Shown: piece after piece, positions 25,521 through 37,234 of the stretch
How positions within the stretch are numbered: position 1 is the first letter of the stretch
Layout: each line of letters starts with the position of its first letter
Assembly (NCBI GenBank): GCA_002633005.1
Contig: NMRA01000728.1
Coordinates: forward strand, 62,504-126,503
Direction: 5' to 3'
Source of the DNA: Phoronis australis
Lineage: Eukaryota; Animalia; Phoronida
DNA length: 64,000 bases
The notes under the pieces: model-generated
What the model saw: only the letters and a program-made list of their open reading frames with translations
Told to the model about the DNA's origin: nothing
Database searches by the model: none
Program-made: the position numbers and the translations under genes

Positions 25521-26806
25521 TCTCTACAAACGAATTTGGTCAGATGTCTGCAGTTCCGACAATTTGGTATAAATCACTGTCTACTATTTATGTTATTAAT
25601 CATTGTATTGGTTGCGCTTCACATTTTATTCTAGGAATTGGTTTATATTTCATGTTCGACGACTTGTGTTGGGTTAATAATTGTATCCGTAACCAAACAG
25701 ATTCTGTATGAATGGCTAAAAATAACTATCGCCTTATATTTTTAATAGCTTACTCGTGTCGTATTTCATTCCATTATTGTTTTGGTGATTTCCAACTTTG
25801 CTTTCAATGTTTTTCACTAATAAACGTTTTATCTCTCTTTTACCCAGCCTCATCCTCGCCATCCGCCACGGTCGTCGATTGTCAATTGACGGTTCGTTTA
25901 CTTTTCTAATACTGTTCCTTTTGTTTACAGGGCAATAATCGTCCTGTTGTCAGAGTCTCTTCTACGTCAAGATGAAGTACACTTCATCACTCTTCCCTTA
26001 TACGTAGTTTATACAGGAGTGAGTTGGATATTGAAATATAAGCCTGCTTAACTTAGAGAAATGATCACGCATGAATTGTGAGGTTTATTTACTCAGAGCG
26101 TATTTGTTTTTTCAATTGTTTAAACGGGTATAAAAGTTATGAAAACAGGTATCTGAGTCATGCAATACGCTGTTTCAATGAGCTTTAAACTAGGGAAGGT
26201 TTTGTTGATTGTCCCTACTTTCGCCGTGTCATTGAGTCACTACTTTGGCAGCGTCTTTGAATCACTTTGGTCAACCTCACATGTGTTTGCATTCACTTGA
26301 AATTTCCTAGAGTACAGAAGGTTTCTATTCTTTGAACGAGGTACCAAACCCGCGGTTTCTAAGGCTTAGCTTGGTTGCTAGTCAGTGGAAGGCATGTCAA
26401 AGTATACATGCCCAATATCTTGTATTGTATATGATGTAGTGCTTGAAAATAAACAATTGCAAAAGCAAAAATTCTTGTAAAATATTATTAGTATCAATTA
26501 GGTTAAGTGTAAACCACTGGAGTAACCACAGAGGGCAGGCACAAAAAGGCCATGTCCTTTTGAGCATTGCAAACACGCTCTCCTCGAAAACGAAACTCAT
26601 TCCAATTTTGCGTTTTCCCCACCCACCCGACACCCCCACCATGTTGGGTACTTTTTACTACGCCAGAGCTAAGAACGGATGGCAATAAGCAATGTAGCGA
26701 TGCCACCTGAACTAGCAACGGTTCAAACACAGCTCTTTTAAGGACTACCTACACAGAAAGAAAGCACTGCAATTTAAAGTCTCATTAGAGTTTCATTTCC
26801 AGCCCC

Positions 26807-29800
26807 TCATGGGTGATGCGGCCATGTTTTGATCAGAGCGAGCAGGGCGTTTCCAGGACAATCTGTGGCTGCCCCGGGCGCCTCTCTGTGTCCGTAAAGG
26901 CGGTAGTCACCGGTGATGTAGCCTTTATCGACTCCACATTGAATGGCACTTCGAACAGCATCCAGAGCTGCCTGGTTGGGCAGGCGAGTCTGAAACATAA
27001 ATGTAGATACCAGTTGGTATTGATAAGAACTATCCACGAGACCTCCGTACGTCCTGTCAGTGAAGAAGAAAGACCGTGTCTACTGATATAGGCCTATAGG
27101 CATACACTCACCAGTTCGTCTGCTCTTATTGTTGACGAGTTGATGAAATATTCGACAGAATTTTGCTGTCATGTGCGTCTGGTTTAATTTAATAATCAAG
27201 GCTAACATCAAGCATCAGATAGCCTAGCTAGATCCTGGTGAGGTAGGGACTACCGGGACTAACAATTTGATTTGTCATTGATCTGAAAGAATAATTGATG
27301 TTATTAAATGTTTTTTATTAAAATAAAAAACCTGGCTCGTAATTGAAAATACAAAATTATTTGACCATCAATTCTGTTTTCTTGGTTTCAATAATTCTTA
27401 CGTCTATTGCATATGTTCGGATTCAAATATCAATCTGTACCAAGTTGAATTTTAAAATTAAAACACGTACCTAATTCGTTCGTCTAAAGCATAACCTCGT
27501 TTTAGAGCTCAATTTTATATAACTGGACAGAGCGAGCACAGTTATCATGTTTCCTCAGGGTCCTCGTTCGTTTATCCCAGCGAGGGGAATGATGCCTGTG
27601 TCTTCAAGAGGGGGATATTTTCGCCGAGTGACGGGAAAAATCTAGCTCCCGATCACCATCAATAAGATCCCCGCCCTGTTGCAAGCTCTCGTAGGCTATA
27701 TGTCTCAAATAGCATTTTGTGCTCTTTCGGTCAAATTGTCACCTGTGTGGTTCACTCCAGACTTTTATTTGAACTTCGAAGAGAAATTTAAATTTCCAAT
27801 CACTTTTTTCAGGCCTCGTGGGGGAATTTTGAATGACTTTTTTATATTTTTAGAGGGGAATAGAGCCGATATTCGGCTCCAAAATCTAGGGATTGAGGGC
27901 CCTGTCCTTTTTGGAAAGAAAAATGCATGAAAACACATTGAGCCGGCTGGCCGAAGATTCTCCAGTCGTCATTACTCCGCAACGAGATGCTATCAAATAT
28001 GATCTAACTTTTCGAAAACACTTATAAACTTTACACGGACATATTTTCTTTCGTCGCTTCCGCATCTCAGCGTCCTTAGTCNCAGACATTAAAATGCAAA
28101 GCGAGGCTCACTGCGATAAACAAAGCGGAAGTTGACATTGCATGAGTTAAATGGCCGGTCTTTCGAGTCCAATCTGGATATTAAATCTTAGAAATGTGTC
28201 AATAATTAACCACAGAGACGTAAAAAAATACATAAGAGAACAAGTCAATGCACTAAAGAGTTGTCTGGCGAAAGGTTATAAGCTTTTTTTGGAAAACTAG
28301 GCTCAAAACATGAAAAGTAAATATGACCAAATTGCGGCGATTGACGTGCTACGGCTAGGTATTATGCTGAATGCAGGGTTGCGTTTCTTCTTGTAAATTG
28401 TTGATAAAATGCTAATTTCTACACAAACCAGTTCGTCTGCTCTTATTGTTGACGAGTTGATGAAATATTCGACAGAATTTTGCTGTCATGTGCGTCTGGT
28501 TTAATTTAATAATCAAGGCTAACATCAAGCTTCAGATAGCCTAGCTAGATCCTGGTGAGGTAGGGACTACCGGGACTAACAATTTGATTTGTCATTGATC
28601 TGAAAGAATAATTGATGTTATTAAATATTTTTTATTAAAATAAAAAACCTGGCTCGTAATTGAAAATACAAAATTATTTGACCATCAATTCTGTTTTCTT
28701 GGTTTCAATAATTCTTACGTCTATTGCATATGTTCGGATTCAAATATCAATCTGTACCAAGTTGAAATTTAAAATTAAAACACGTACCTAATTCGTTCGT
28801 CTAAAGCATAACCTCGTTTTAGAGCTCACTTTTATATAACTGGACAGAGCGAGCACAGTTATCATGTTTCCTCAGGGTCCTCGTTCGTTTATCCCAGCGA
28901 GGGGAATGATGCCTGTGTCTTCAACAGGGGGATTTTTTCGCCGAGTGACGGGAAAAATCTAGCTCCCGATCACCATCAATAAGATCCCCGCCCTGTTGCA
29001 AGCTCTCGTAGGCTATATGTCTCAAATAGCATTTTGTGCTCTTTCGGTCAAATTGTCACGTGTGTGGTTCACTCCAGACTTTTATTTGAACTTCGAAGAG
29101 AAATTTAAATTTCCAATCACTTTTTTCAGGCCTCGTGGGGGAATTTTGAATGACTTTTTAATATTTTTAGAGGGGAATAGAGCCGATATGCGGCTCCAAA
29201 ATCTAGGGATTGAGGGCCCTGTCCTTTTTGGAAAGAAAAATGCATGAAAACACATTGAGCCGGCTGGCCGAAGATTCTCCAGTCGTCATTACTCCGCAAC
29301 GAGATGCTATCAAATATGATCTAACTTTTCGAAAACACTTATAAACTTTACACGGACATATTTTCTTTCGTCGCTTCCGCATCTCAGCGTCCTTAGTCCG
29401 AGATTGTAAAACAGACAGTTGAATGTCCGTATTTTTCCTAGCCGTTCGAGCAACGTGGAATACAGCTATCGTTGCGAGCCTCGTTTTGGAACTCGCCTCC
29501 TGTCGGTGTGAATGGAGTCTATACAGTAGTACGTGAACGAAGCGCACGATTTTCAAAGGTTGTCAGTTCGTCTGCGCAACGTCACAAGTACACTTGCCAG
29601 GGTAGTAGGCCTACCTACGCATGTGAAAGACTTCAATGGATCTCAGATGGATAATGCGATACGCTGAATATAGTTGTCAGCTTAACATTCAACATGTGCT
29701 TAACAACGACTGGAAACAGAGGCATTTACCATAAAATTTCCAATCATGGAAAAACCCAAAGATCGTGTGTTGAACTTGTACGTGTGCGCCCCGACAACGT

Positions 29801-32800
29801 TCCATCCGCGGCCCTCGTACACCATACCGTCTTCACCGACTAGAAAACTATAGCCAATATCAGCATAACCTGGAAGAAGGAGTTGGTTTAACACACTTCA
29901 AGTTTATATCATTTTATGTGGCTGAAATTGTAATTTGCTCGTCCTTGGTGGCGGAACATGTCGAAATAACAAGGTACATTTAACCGTTTCACAGCCTGTC
30001 TACTCATGGACCATTTCATGACAGTAAAACATTACGCAGGGTGAGGTGTATTGTTCAAGTCATGTCCAAACTATACAAGTTTTGAAAACTTTCCGAAAAC
30101 ATTTTCCAAATGTTGCGGAAATGATGTAGAAATTTGGCGTCCAATCAACTGCTTTCCATAGACTTGAGAGCATCGGGAGAACGCCTTGTATTACAAGAGA
30201 AACACTTGATCCCACAAACTTACTTCGCGAGATTCTTGCGTCCATGAGGGAACTCAGCCCAGAATAGTGAACGAAAAATTACGAATGTCAAGTTAGAATG
30301 GAATTTTAGGCTAGCCCTCTTAACAAGAATTAGTCGTACAAGAGGCTGTGACCCGCATGCCTTTTGTTTCAACTGCTATAACTGCGAAAGCGAAGAACAC
30401 GAAAGAAGACGAAAAGAAAGTGGACCAAGGACTGCATGGCTATCTTTAGCTAAATAGAAACATATAAAAGTAGGACATTACTCCCAAAGATCAATATTTT
30501 TTCATACTTTCCCTTCTCACCACTGTCACATAACGCAAATTTTACTTCTGATTGGTCCAGTTTCAAAAACATTCCTGAAACATCCTTTAATATGCTTGCA
30601 ACAATGAAAGGGACTTTTCATATGTCAATGCTGAGATCTTAACTGAAGCGCTTTGGGTTTTAAAAACATTACAACACTCATCCGATTTTTGATCGATGAA
30701 GTTATAGTCTAGTCATCCCAATAAGAAATAGCGATACAATTTTTGCATGTTACCTATGTTGGCGGAAAGGTTGCTTGTATTTAGAAGTTGTATTGAGGTA
30801 ACTTATACATACACAAGCATGTACCTTTGATATCCATGTGGTAGCATTGCTTGTTGTTATGAGACCTGCCATTAGGAAAATATCAACAACTGATAAATAC
30901 CTCTGGTATCCATGTGGTAGTTTTGGATCCCCTTCACGATCCTCTTGCACTGCTCGGTTGAGTTGCAGGACGGGCCGGCAGTGTGATGAATGAAGACCAT
31001 GTCAACAGGGGACGCTAGGTATTCTTTGCTCTTTGGAGGCCGGGCACCCCAATCGGCACGAGACACAAACATCTTTCGTTTGCACGCAACTCCTGGAAAT
31101 AACTGATAGAACTGTGCACATCTGTATATACATGTTGCATTGTGAAGCATATTGTTTTGTCTTCAAAGGCTATAACGTAAATTATTCATCGAAATTACTA
31201 CACAGACATGAGTCTGTTCCTCCTGGTCACCAGCTGTATGAAGTGTTTCGGGTCATCGTATTGTCTCTGCGTTCTTTACACGTTACAAGCGTTAGCCTTG
31301 TCTTAAGATTTGTATATACTGGCGCGCCGAAGCACACTATAGCTGCGTACGAGTGTTCCCAAATCTGGGCCCGGTCTCCAATCTCCGTACTCAGACTCAT
31401 ACTCATACTCGAGATTTCATACTCAAAATCGTGCTCACTGGAGTCGTACTCAAAAAAGCGTATCTAATGTCGTATTTCGAGTAGACTCCAAACGTACTCA
31501 AATCTGACACTCATACTCGAGTTGCTATGGAACTCTTTATGATGTGAAATGCAAAATCACGCAAAGCCGCGCTGATTCATCGCTCCCTATTGNGTGTGAT
31601 GAATGAAGACCATGTCAACAGGGGACGCTAGGTATTCTTTGCTCTTTGGAGGCCGGGCACCCCAATCGGCACGAGACACAAACATGTTTCGTTTGCACGC
31701 AACTCCTGGAAATAACTGATAGAACTGTGCACATCTGTATATACACGTTGCATTGTGAAACATATTGTTTTGTCTTCAAAGGCTATAACGTAAATCATTC
31801 ATCGAAATTACTACACAGACATGAGTCTGTTCCTCCTGGTCACCAGCTGTATGAAGTGTTTCGGGTCATCGTATTGTGTCTGCGTTCTTTACACGTTACA
31901 AGCGTTAGCCTTGTCTTAAGATTTGTATATACTGGCGCGACGAAGCACACTATAGCTGCGTACGAGTGTTCCCAAATCTGTCCGATATCAATGTAGGCCT
32001 ACACGCATGTGTCATAACACAGCGTGGTCCTAAGTAAAATTTCCGCATGCTGAAATGAACGAATAGCAACCCAGGATGTCAACAGTCTCATTCTGCATCA
32101 GTATTAAGATTTTGTCGGACCTTGTTGCCTTGTCGGTGTACTAAGCCAAATGTATGCACAACCACAGATTTTAACTCAGTAAAAGTACATATTCAATATT
32201 TTCTGACAGGAGAAAGCCTGAAGAATTCGTGTTTTTAGTTTATACCAAGCTGGTATGGTATTAATTGGATCGCGTGTCTACGTCTTTTAGTAAAATTTAA
32301 AAAAGGGGCATCCATAGAAAAACAACGGTATCAATATCCTGACCAAATTTTGCTCGATATAAATGTACAAAATGTAATCTCAAAAACGCGGTTAAAATTT
32401 TCTCGATTATTATTTTGTTTTCGTTAATGCCACTTATGAGATTTTTTTCATTAAAATCGTGAAAATCTTATTTTTGTAGCCCCTCGTGCTAAAGTGGAAC
32501 ATTTCGAAAGCCATACCTAACAGCATGAAGTATGGTCTCTGAAAGTTTTATTTGAATCGGATCAACATTTTTGTGATATGATGCTCCAAAGTTTTCCAAA
32601 TTTGGCCATAGTTCGAGGGTCCTACATAACTTCAAGGCGCGATGAGCATTTTCTGTCTCCGGCCTTTGTGCTACACGTTACGTTTGATGAATTTTGTTCA
32701 AGCCGAAATGCTCAGTTTGTTAATTGCCCAGCCTTACCTTTGACCGCGTCTCCACAACTTGACGCAGGTCCCTTTATCCAATGTTTTCCAGTCACCCATA

Positions 32801-34424
32801 CTTGCTATAAAAAGCAATACAAATATTAACTTAGTATTGAATAAGAACGTATTCAATTGTTCTGAACATTACACTTAGACAGTATGTCGTGAACTTTTCT
32901 TTTCGTCAGAATAACAAAATGGCGTGTACACTGTATTGATGGTTACATTATTGTGTATACATATCACATGTCGCCATAAACATCACCATCATCATTTTTC
33001 AAAGAATTAACAATTACTATATGATAACATCAATAATATTATTACAGTGAATTTTTATTTTCTACGTGGAAACCTTCATGACAAACGCTAATAAAGACAA
33101 TTAACGTGAAAAAGGTTGATATTACGTACCTGATTTTTATTCCAAAGCTTAAACCACCGTAATCCATCTTTTGTCCGTTTGAATCCAGCGTATTCGTAAC
33201 ACTTCCCGGTCTTGAGTGTGACGTCTTCTACCGAATTGTTAGCAGCTGAAACGTATTGCTCATTTACAAATAAAAAGATATTCTTCAAGTCACAACTGTC
33301 ACGCGATCAAACCGAAACCTTGGGATAGGCTGGTCAATCGCATTCCCTTTTGTACTTTACTTGAGGTATTGTTCAGAACGAAATTCTCGGTTGGGGCTTT
33401 GAAAGAAGGCCAATATCTGCTGTATTGACAATCATTTATGAAAGTTTTTGAATGCGGTAACAGGTTATTGCACCATCTAGTAAGTTCACGCGTATAACCC
33501 TTCTTATTTACTGATCATGGGCTTCAAGGAGGTAAATGGAATATTTACTCAGTTTACTCTTATAGCTAAATTAAATAAAACGAATGGGTTCTCTATTGAT
33601 ATGTGACATGCATCAAGCCTCCATTTCTCGATGGTGCTTCATGGCTGAAACATATGTGTATGAAAATGAAACTGGTGGAGTGTTCTTGTTAAGTGGTGTT
33701 AGCCTAATTTCCGCAGATAAGAATTTTTTTTGCAGTTTTAAAATCTTACCCCGTGTCTATTTTATATTTCAGAAAAGGTAGCGTAAGCTTCAATGCCACA
33801 TCACACGTAGACTGTACAGAATTATTAACATGTCAATGTTCCTGTGTTTTGTTTATTATGAAAAGAGTTTCTGGGGTTAAATTCTCAGGCGTTTTGTAAA
33901 CAGACTAGTAAGTACAGTAAAGACTTTCGAACCCTTCAATGAATGTTGGAGTCATCATTTTGACAGTCTGCAGTCTAAAATGCCTATATAATAAATCAGG
34001 AAAACCACTCGTAGGTTATGGGATGCAGAAGTCGAAGCATTAAGTTTCATGTAAATTCTCTATCGTACTGTATATAAAAATGAAATGATATCTAAGACAA
34101 TAGTTTTTTTAGAAAAAAATACAGTTATATGACTATAGACTTCAGGAAGTTGCGTTTTATGCCTAATATGATAAATTTCTGTGATCAACAACAATTGTCC
34201 ACAAACTGTGAAAAATAATTATTGATAACCCACAATCCTTTGTAAAGATGACTTGAAAATAACATAAATTTAACACATTTTAAATAGATGACTAAAAAGA
34301 TAAATCTTTACGTACCCCTTGTTGATGCCTTCAATCTGGGCCCGCTCCAGCATAGGCACGTGCCTTCGATAAATTCAACAAAGGAGGCCGTAACATACAG
34401 TGCAATGAAATACCGGAAAAACAT
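26807..34424 (-). CDS. PGRP: Secreted peptidoglycan recognition protein / N-acetylmuramoyl-L-alanine amidase (Amidase_2) with an N-terminal SH3b-like domain, 268 aa. Exons 34424..34316, 33245..33130, 32804..32738, 31092..30901, 29869..29730, 26989..26807
   Basis: Six exons with canonical GT/AG and matching phases; total 807 nt open to the TGA. Signal-peptide-like start MFFRYFIALYVTASFVEFIEG. PGRP motifs VSRADWGARPP, FIHHT, IQNYHMD, DIGYSFLVGEDGMVYEGRGW, GAHT, IGNF, YGHRE, TDCPG. Confidence 0.93.
27111..29525. repeat. Interspersed repeat in the last PGRP intron, present twice (27111..28081 and 28428..29525) around n28082; same family as 1..1419
   Basis: The two local copies are almost identical and the first ends at the N; both are clearly more diverged from the copy at 1..1419. 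Confidence 0.8.
31368..31592. mobile_element. Left part of a PIF/Harbinger-like MITE, cut by n31593
   Basis: Starts CTG|ggcccggtctccaatc, matching the TIR of 52951..53350. The duplicate flank at 31980 lacks it. Confidence 0.7.
31594..31980. repeat. Allelic duplicate of 30982..31367, including the 5' part of PGRP exon 4 (31705..31594)
   Basis: Begins at the N; few SNPs (KRKMF vs KRNMF). Confidence 0.85.
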
Positions 34425-35364
34425 GTTTCCTTTTTGACAACAGCGAAGGTTCCTGCCTTGAATGGTACCATAAGAAAGTGCGTCGTGTATTTGTAGCCGG
34501 TAAATTCCGTCATATGAGGAAGAGATAAACCATTCTCTTCCTGGTTGTATTCCGTAATGGCTACCGTAATTTCCTGACAATGGGCTAAATTTTTAATAAC
34601 GCCCCTGGAGGTTTTCTGGGTCAAAGGGTCCAGGGGAGTGTTTTAAGACCACAAACGGTTGCAAGAGCGCTAACTGTCACAATCCTCAACTTGTGAGAGT
34701 TTGTACAGACCTTCGAAGCACCAACTGTAGCAATTTTTCGCCATGTCAGTTTGTGGTCTAAAATTACAAATCCCGGAATCATTGCTTTCAAAATATGAAT
34801 TGCCATTTTACTGGCACACTACCATTCATAAACAGTTTGAAAGAGCTCTGCCATTTCAGCTATGCACCCATGATAACAAATTCACAGCGTTGGTTGTAAT
34901 TTCTGTAATTACCGGTACTTACAAACGATATATACATGCACAGCTTCTGAAACTATTGTAACATTAGTGCCTTGATCTGTTTGTCTTACTTGTTGTGTTT
35001 TTGGCACAAAAACATCGATTACGGTGTTTTATCCTGCCAGTAGACAAAATCTTCTACATGAAGTAACGCATTGCTTATCGTTGAGGAGAAATAAGGACCT
35101 TGGTCCGTGAAAGGCGATACGTTTTGTGAAAATTAAAAACATGAGCCAAAAGTGAGCAATTGACTTTTGTCTTCAAACTTCCCTAGTAATGTAAAGAGAT
35201 TAGCAAACTAGACGATGACATATATCGGCATATATCACATGCAGATAAGGAGTCCACTGAAACCACTTTTTTCAATTTTGGAATTCATTTGAACTCAGAT
35301 ATATCAAACAACTGTTTAGTCTATCTGAGATTTGAATGAACCTTTCAACCCAGCTATCGACACC

Positions 35365-35761
35365 ATGACGAAAGTTCGCCTGGTCTCAGAATTTTCAGGC
35401 CCTTATCATAAACAATATCTAACTACAATAAACACCAGGCTAATTGCTGACAACACATCAGACCCATACTGAAAACCACAACTGACTGGATAGAACTACT
35501 TTCCAAGAGTTGCATTGAATAAACAATTTGAGGGATATGGCTCAAACCTCAGATATCTGAGCTCAAACTGACACACAGTTTATAGCAATGGCAAGCTTTC
35601 TGTGGTAACGTGAACAGCAGCTAGAAATTATATAGCTGAACCAGTGAGACAACTGAAGACCCGACATACCTATTTTAACAATACACTCAGAATCTCAGTA
35701 TTTTTATGCAGATGTTAATCAAAGCATTGTCCTACGTAAACGAAGAAACTTCAAAACCTAC
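35365..35761 (-). repeat. Inverted copy of the right end of the multi-kb repeat (41650..42014, 45520..45855)
   Basis: Reverse complement match, for example gggcccttatcataaacaatat vs atattgtttatgataaggccc and tgaaccagtgagacaactgaa vs ttcagttgtctcactggttca. Confidence 0.85.
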
Positions 35762-35762
35762 N

Positions 35763-35801
<39 letters not shown>
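35763..35801. repeat. (CA)n microsatellite
   Basis: About 19 perfect CA units after n35762. Confidence 0.95.
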
Positions 35802-35804
<3 letters not shown>

Positions 35805-36706
35805 CGCGCATACTCACGCACACATAGACATACTCTCACACAAACACATACACAGAAATTACCCCACTGACCCAACTTGTGAATTGTCTTATCCAAACAT
35901 GTAGGCCTAAACTACGGACCCATTTTCTAAATATTGCAACATAATCGTCATCATCGTCATGAATTTCAGTTTGCAACTGAATTCCTATACCCAGATGACT
36001 CTGGATGGCAAAACGAGCAGTTGTTTCGCTGACAAAGGTTTGCTAGGTTTCATTGTCCTCAAGTGTGCCTGCCTGGAAACTTTTAACTCTGCACTCCGAG
36101 GCCAGACTCCAAAAAGCGAAGGTGGAGTGGCAAGTGAAAAGGAAATACAAACATTAAATTTCTACTGTCAGACGATTGACTGTGGGTTTGTTTAAAAGGT
36201 AGCTATGCTTTGACATTGTGCGTAGATGGAAAATGAATAATCAAATCCAGTAACTAATTTATTATATGATAACTACTATATAGACAAGTGAAACCTGTTG
36301 TTAGTTAAGTAATCAAATACAAAGAAGAGTGACTACACTAGCGCCCTCTTTAAAGATTACCTCAATCAATCAACCAAAGTAATGAAATGTCTTATCTGCT
36401 ATCCAAGCTAGGACTCACCTCTTGTTGGACGTCTCTCCTGTTGGTGAATCCTCGAACTACACACACTGTACAGCGACTGTGTACTTGCTGGTCACCGTCT
36501 TTGGTGATGTAACACTTGCAGGCAATTTCTTCTACCCGCGATTCTTCTTGCTGGTCACAGACTCTGGCTGGTGACGCAACACTTCAGGTAGTATCTTACT
36601 ACCCACGATACAAGTGACAAGCTCTTAGTTACCTTCTTGTTCGTTAAGGGGGCACACTACAGTTACAACAGGCTTTTGGATGCCGATAAACACCGAAGTA
36701 CAGATG

Positions 36707-36859
36707 CAGTGGTGGATTTAGAGGGGGGCCATGCCCCCCCCCTAAAAGTCTCCCCGTTTCCATTTCGCTGTTCGGCGGTGCGAATGTCTGACGGGAAAAA
36801 ACCTGGCTAATACTTTGTCCTGCCCCCCCCCCTAACTAAAAATCCTGGATCCGCCCCTG
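36707..36859. mobile_element. hAT-like MITE with a 5-bp TSD (AGATG)
   Basis: AGATG|cagtggtggattt...ggatccgcccctg|AGATG. Confidence 0.8.
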
Positions 36860-37234
36860 AGATGGGCTCTTTCCTCACGTGCTAATCGTGTGTTTGAAAA
36901 AACAAGGGGTTTTGAGCATTCCCAAGTCACAAGCACTACTCGTGACAACTGAAACTGACTTACGCCACAGATTTTTAACCGGTTAATCGCATCGGCAAAA
37001 AAATCCCAGCACACAAAAATATTACCAAAAAACACCGAATTTGACAGTTTTCTCCCCATAATTGCCACTTCTCTGCAAGTGCTAGGAAAAATCCGACTAC
37101 ATATTTAGAATGCTCGCACTCTTTAGATGTTAAAACTGTGGTCATAGTATGCCCCTTACCAGCTATTTTTTTGGCAATTTTGATATGTCTGACAGCCACA
37201 TGAAATCGTACCCGTTTTCTCGGACAGCACGCGA

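Noticed and set aside
25849-25975. Terminal exons of the Ig gene (ASSSPSATVVDCQLT / GNNRPVVRVSSTSR*)
   Set aside because: Would need a 39-nt intron and has no homology support; left unassigned.
31594-31705. Second PGRP paralogue
   Set aside because: Partial exon cut by the N, with near-identical intron flank; best read as the other allele.
31995-32090. MRLLTSWVAI... as the PGRP signal-peptide exon
   Set aside because: No suitable in-phase donor; the exon chain starting at 34424 fits with canonical sites.
32738-34424. Bacterial contamination as the source of the SH3b-like segment
   Set aside because: It is split by spliceosomal introns and embedded in animal repeats.
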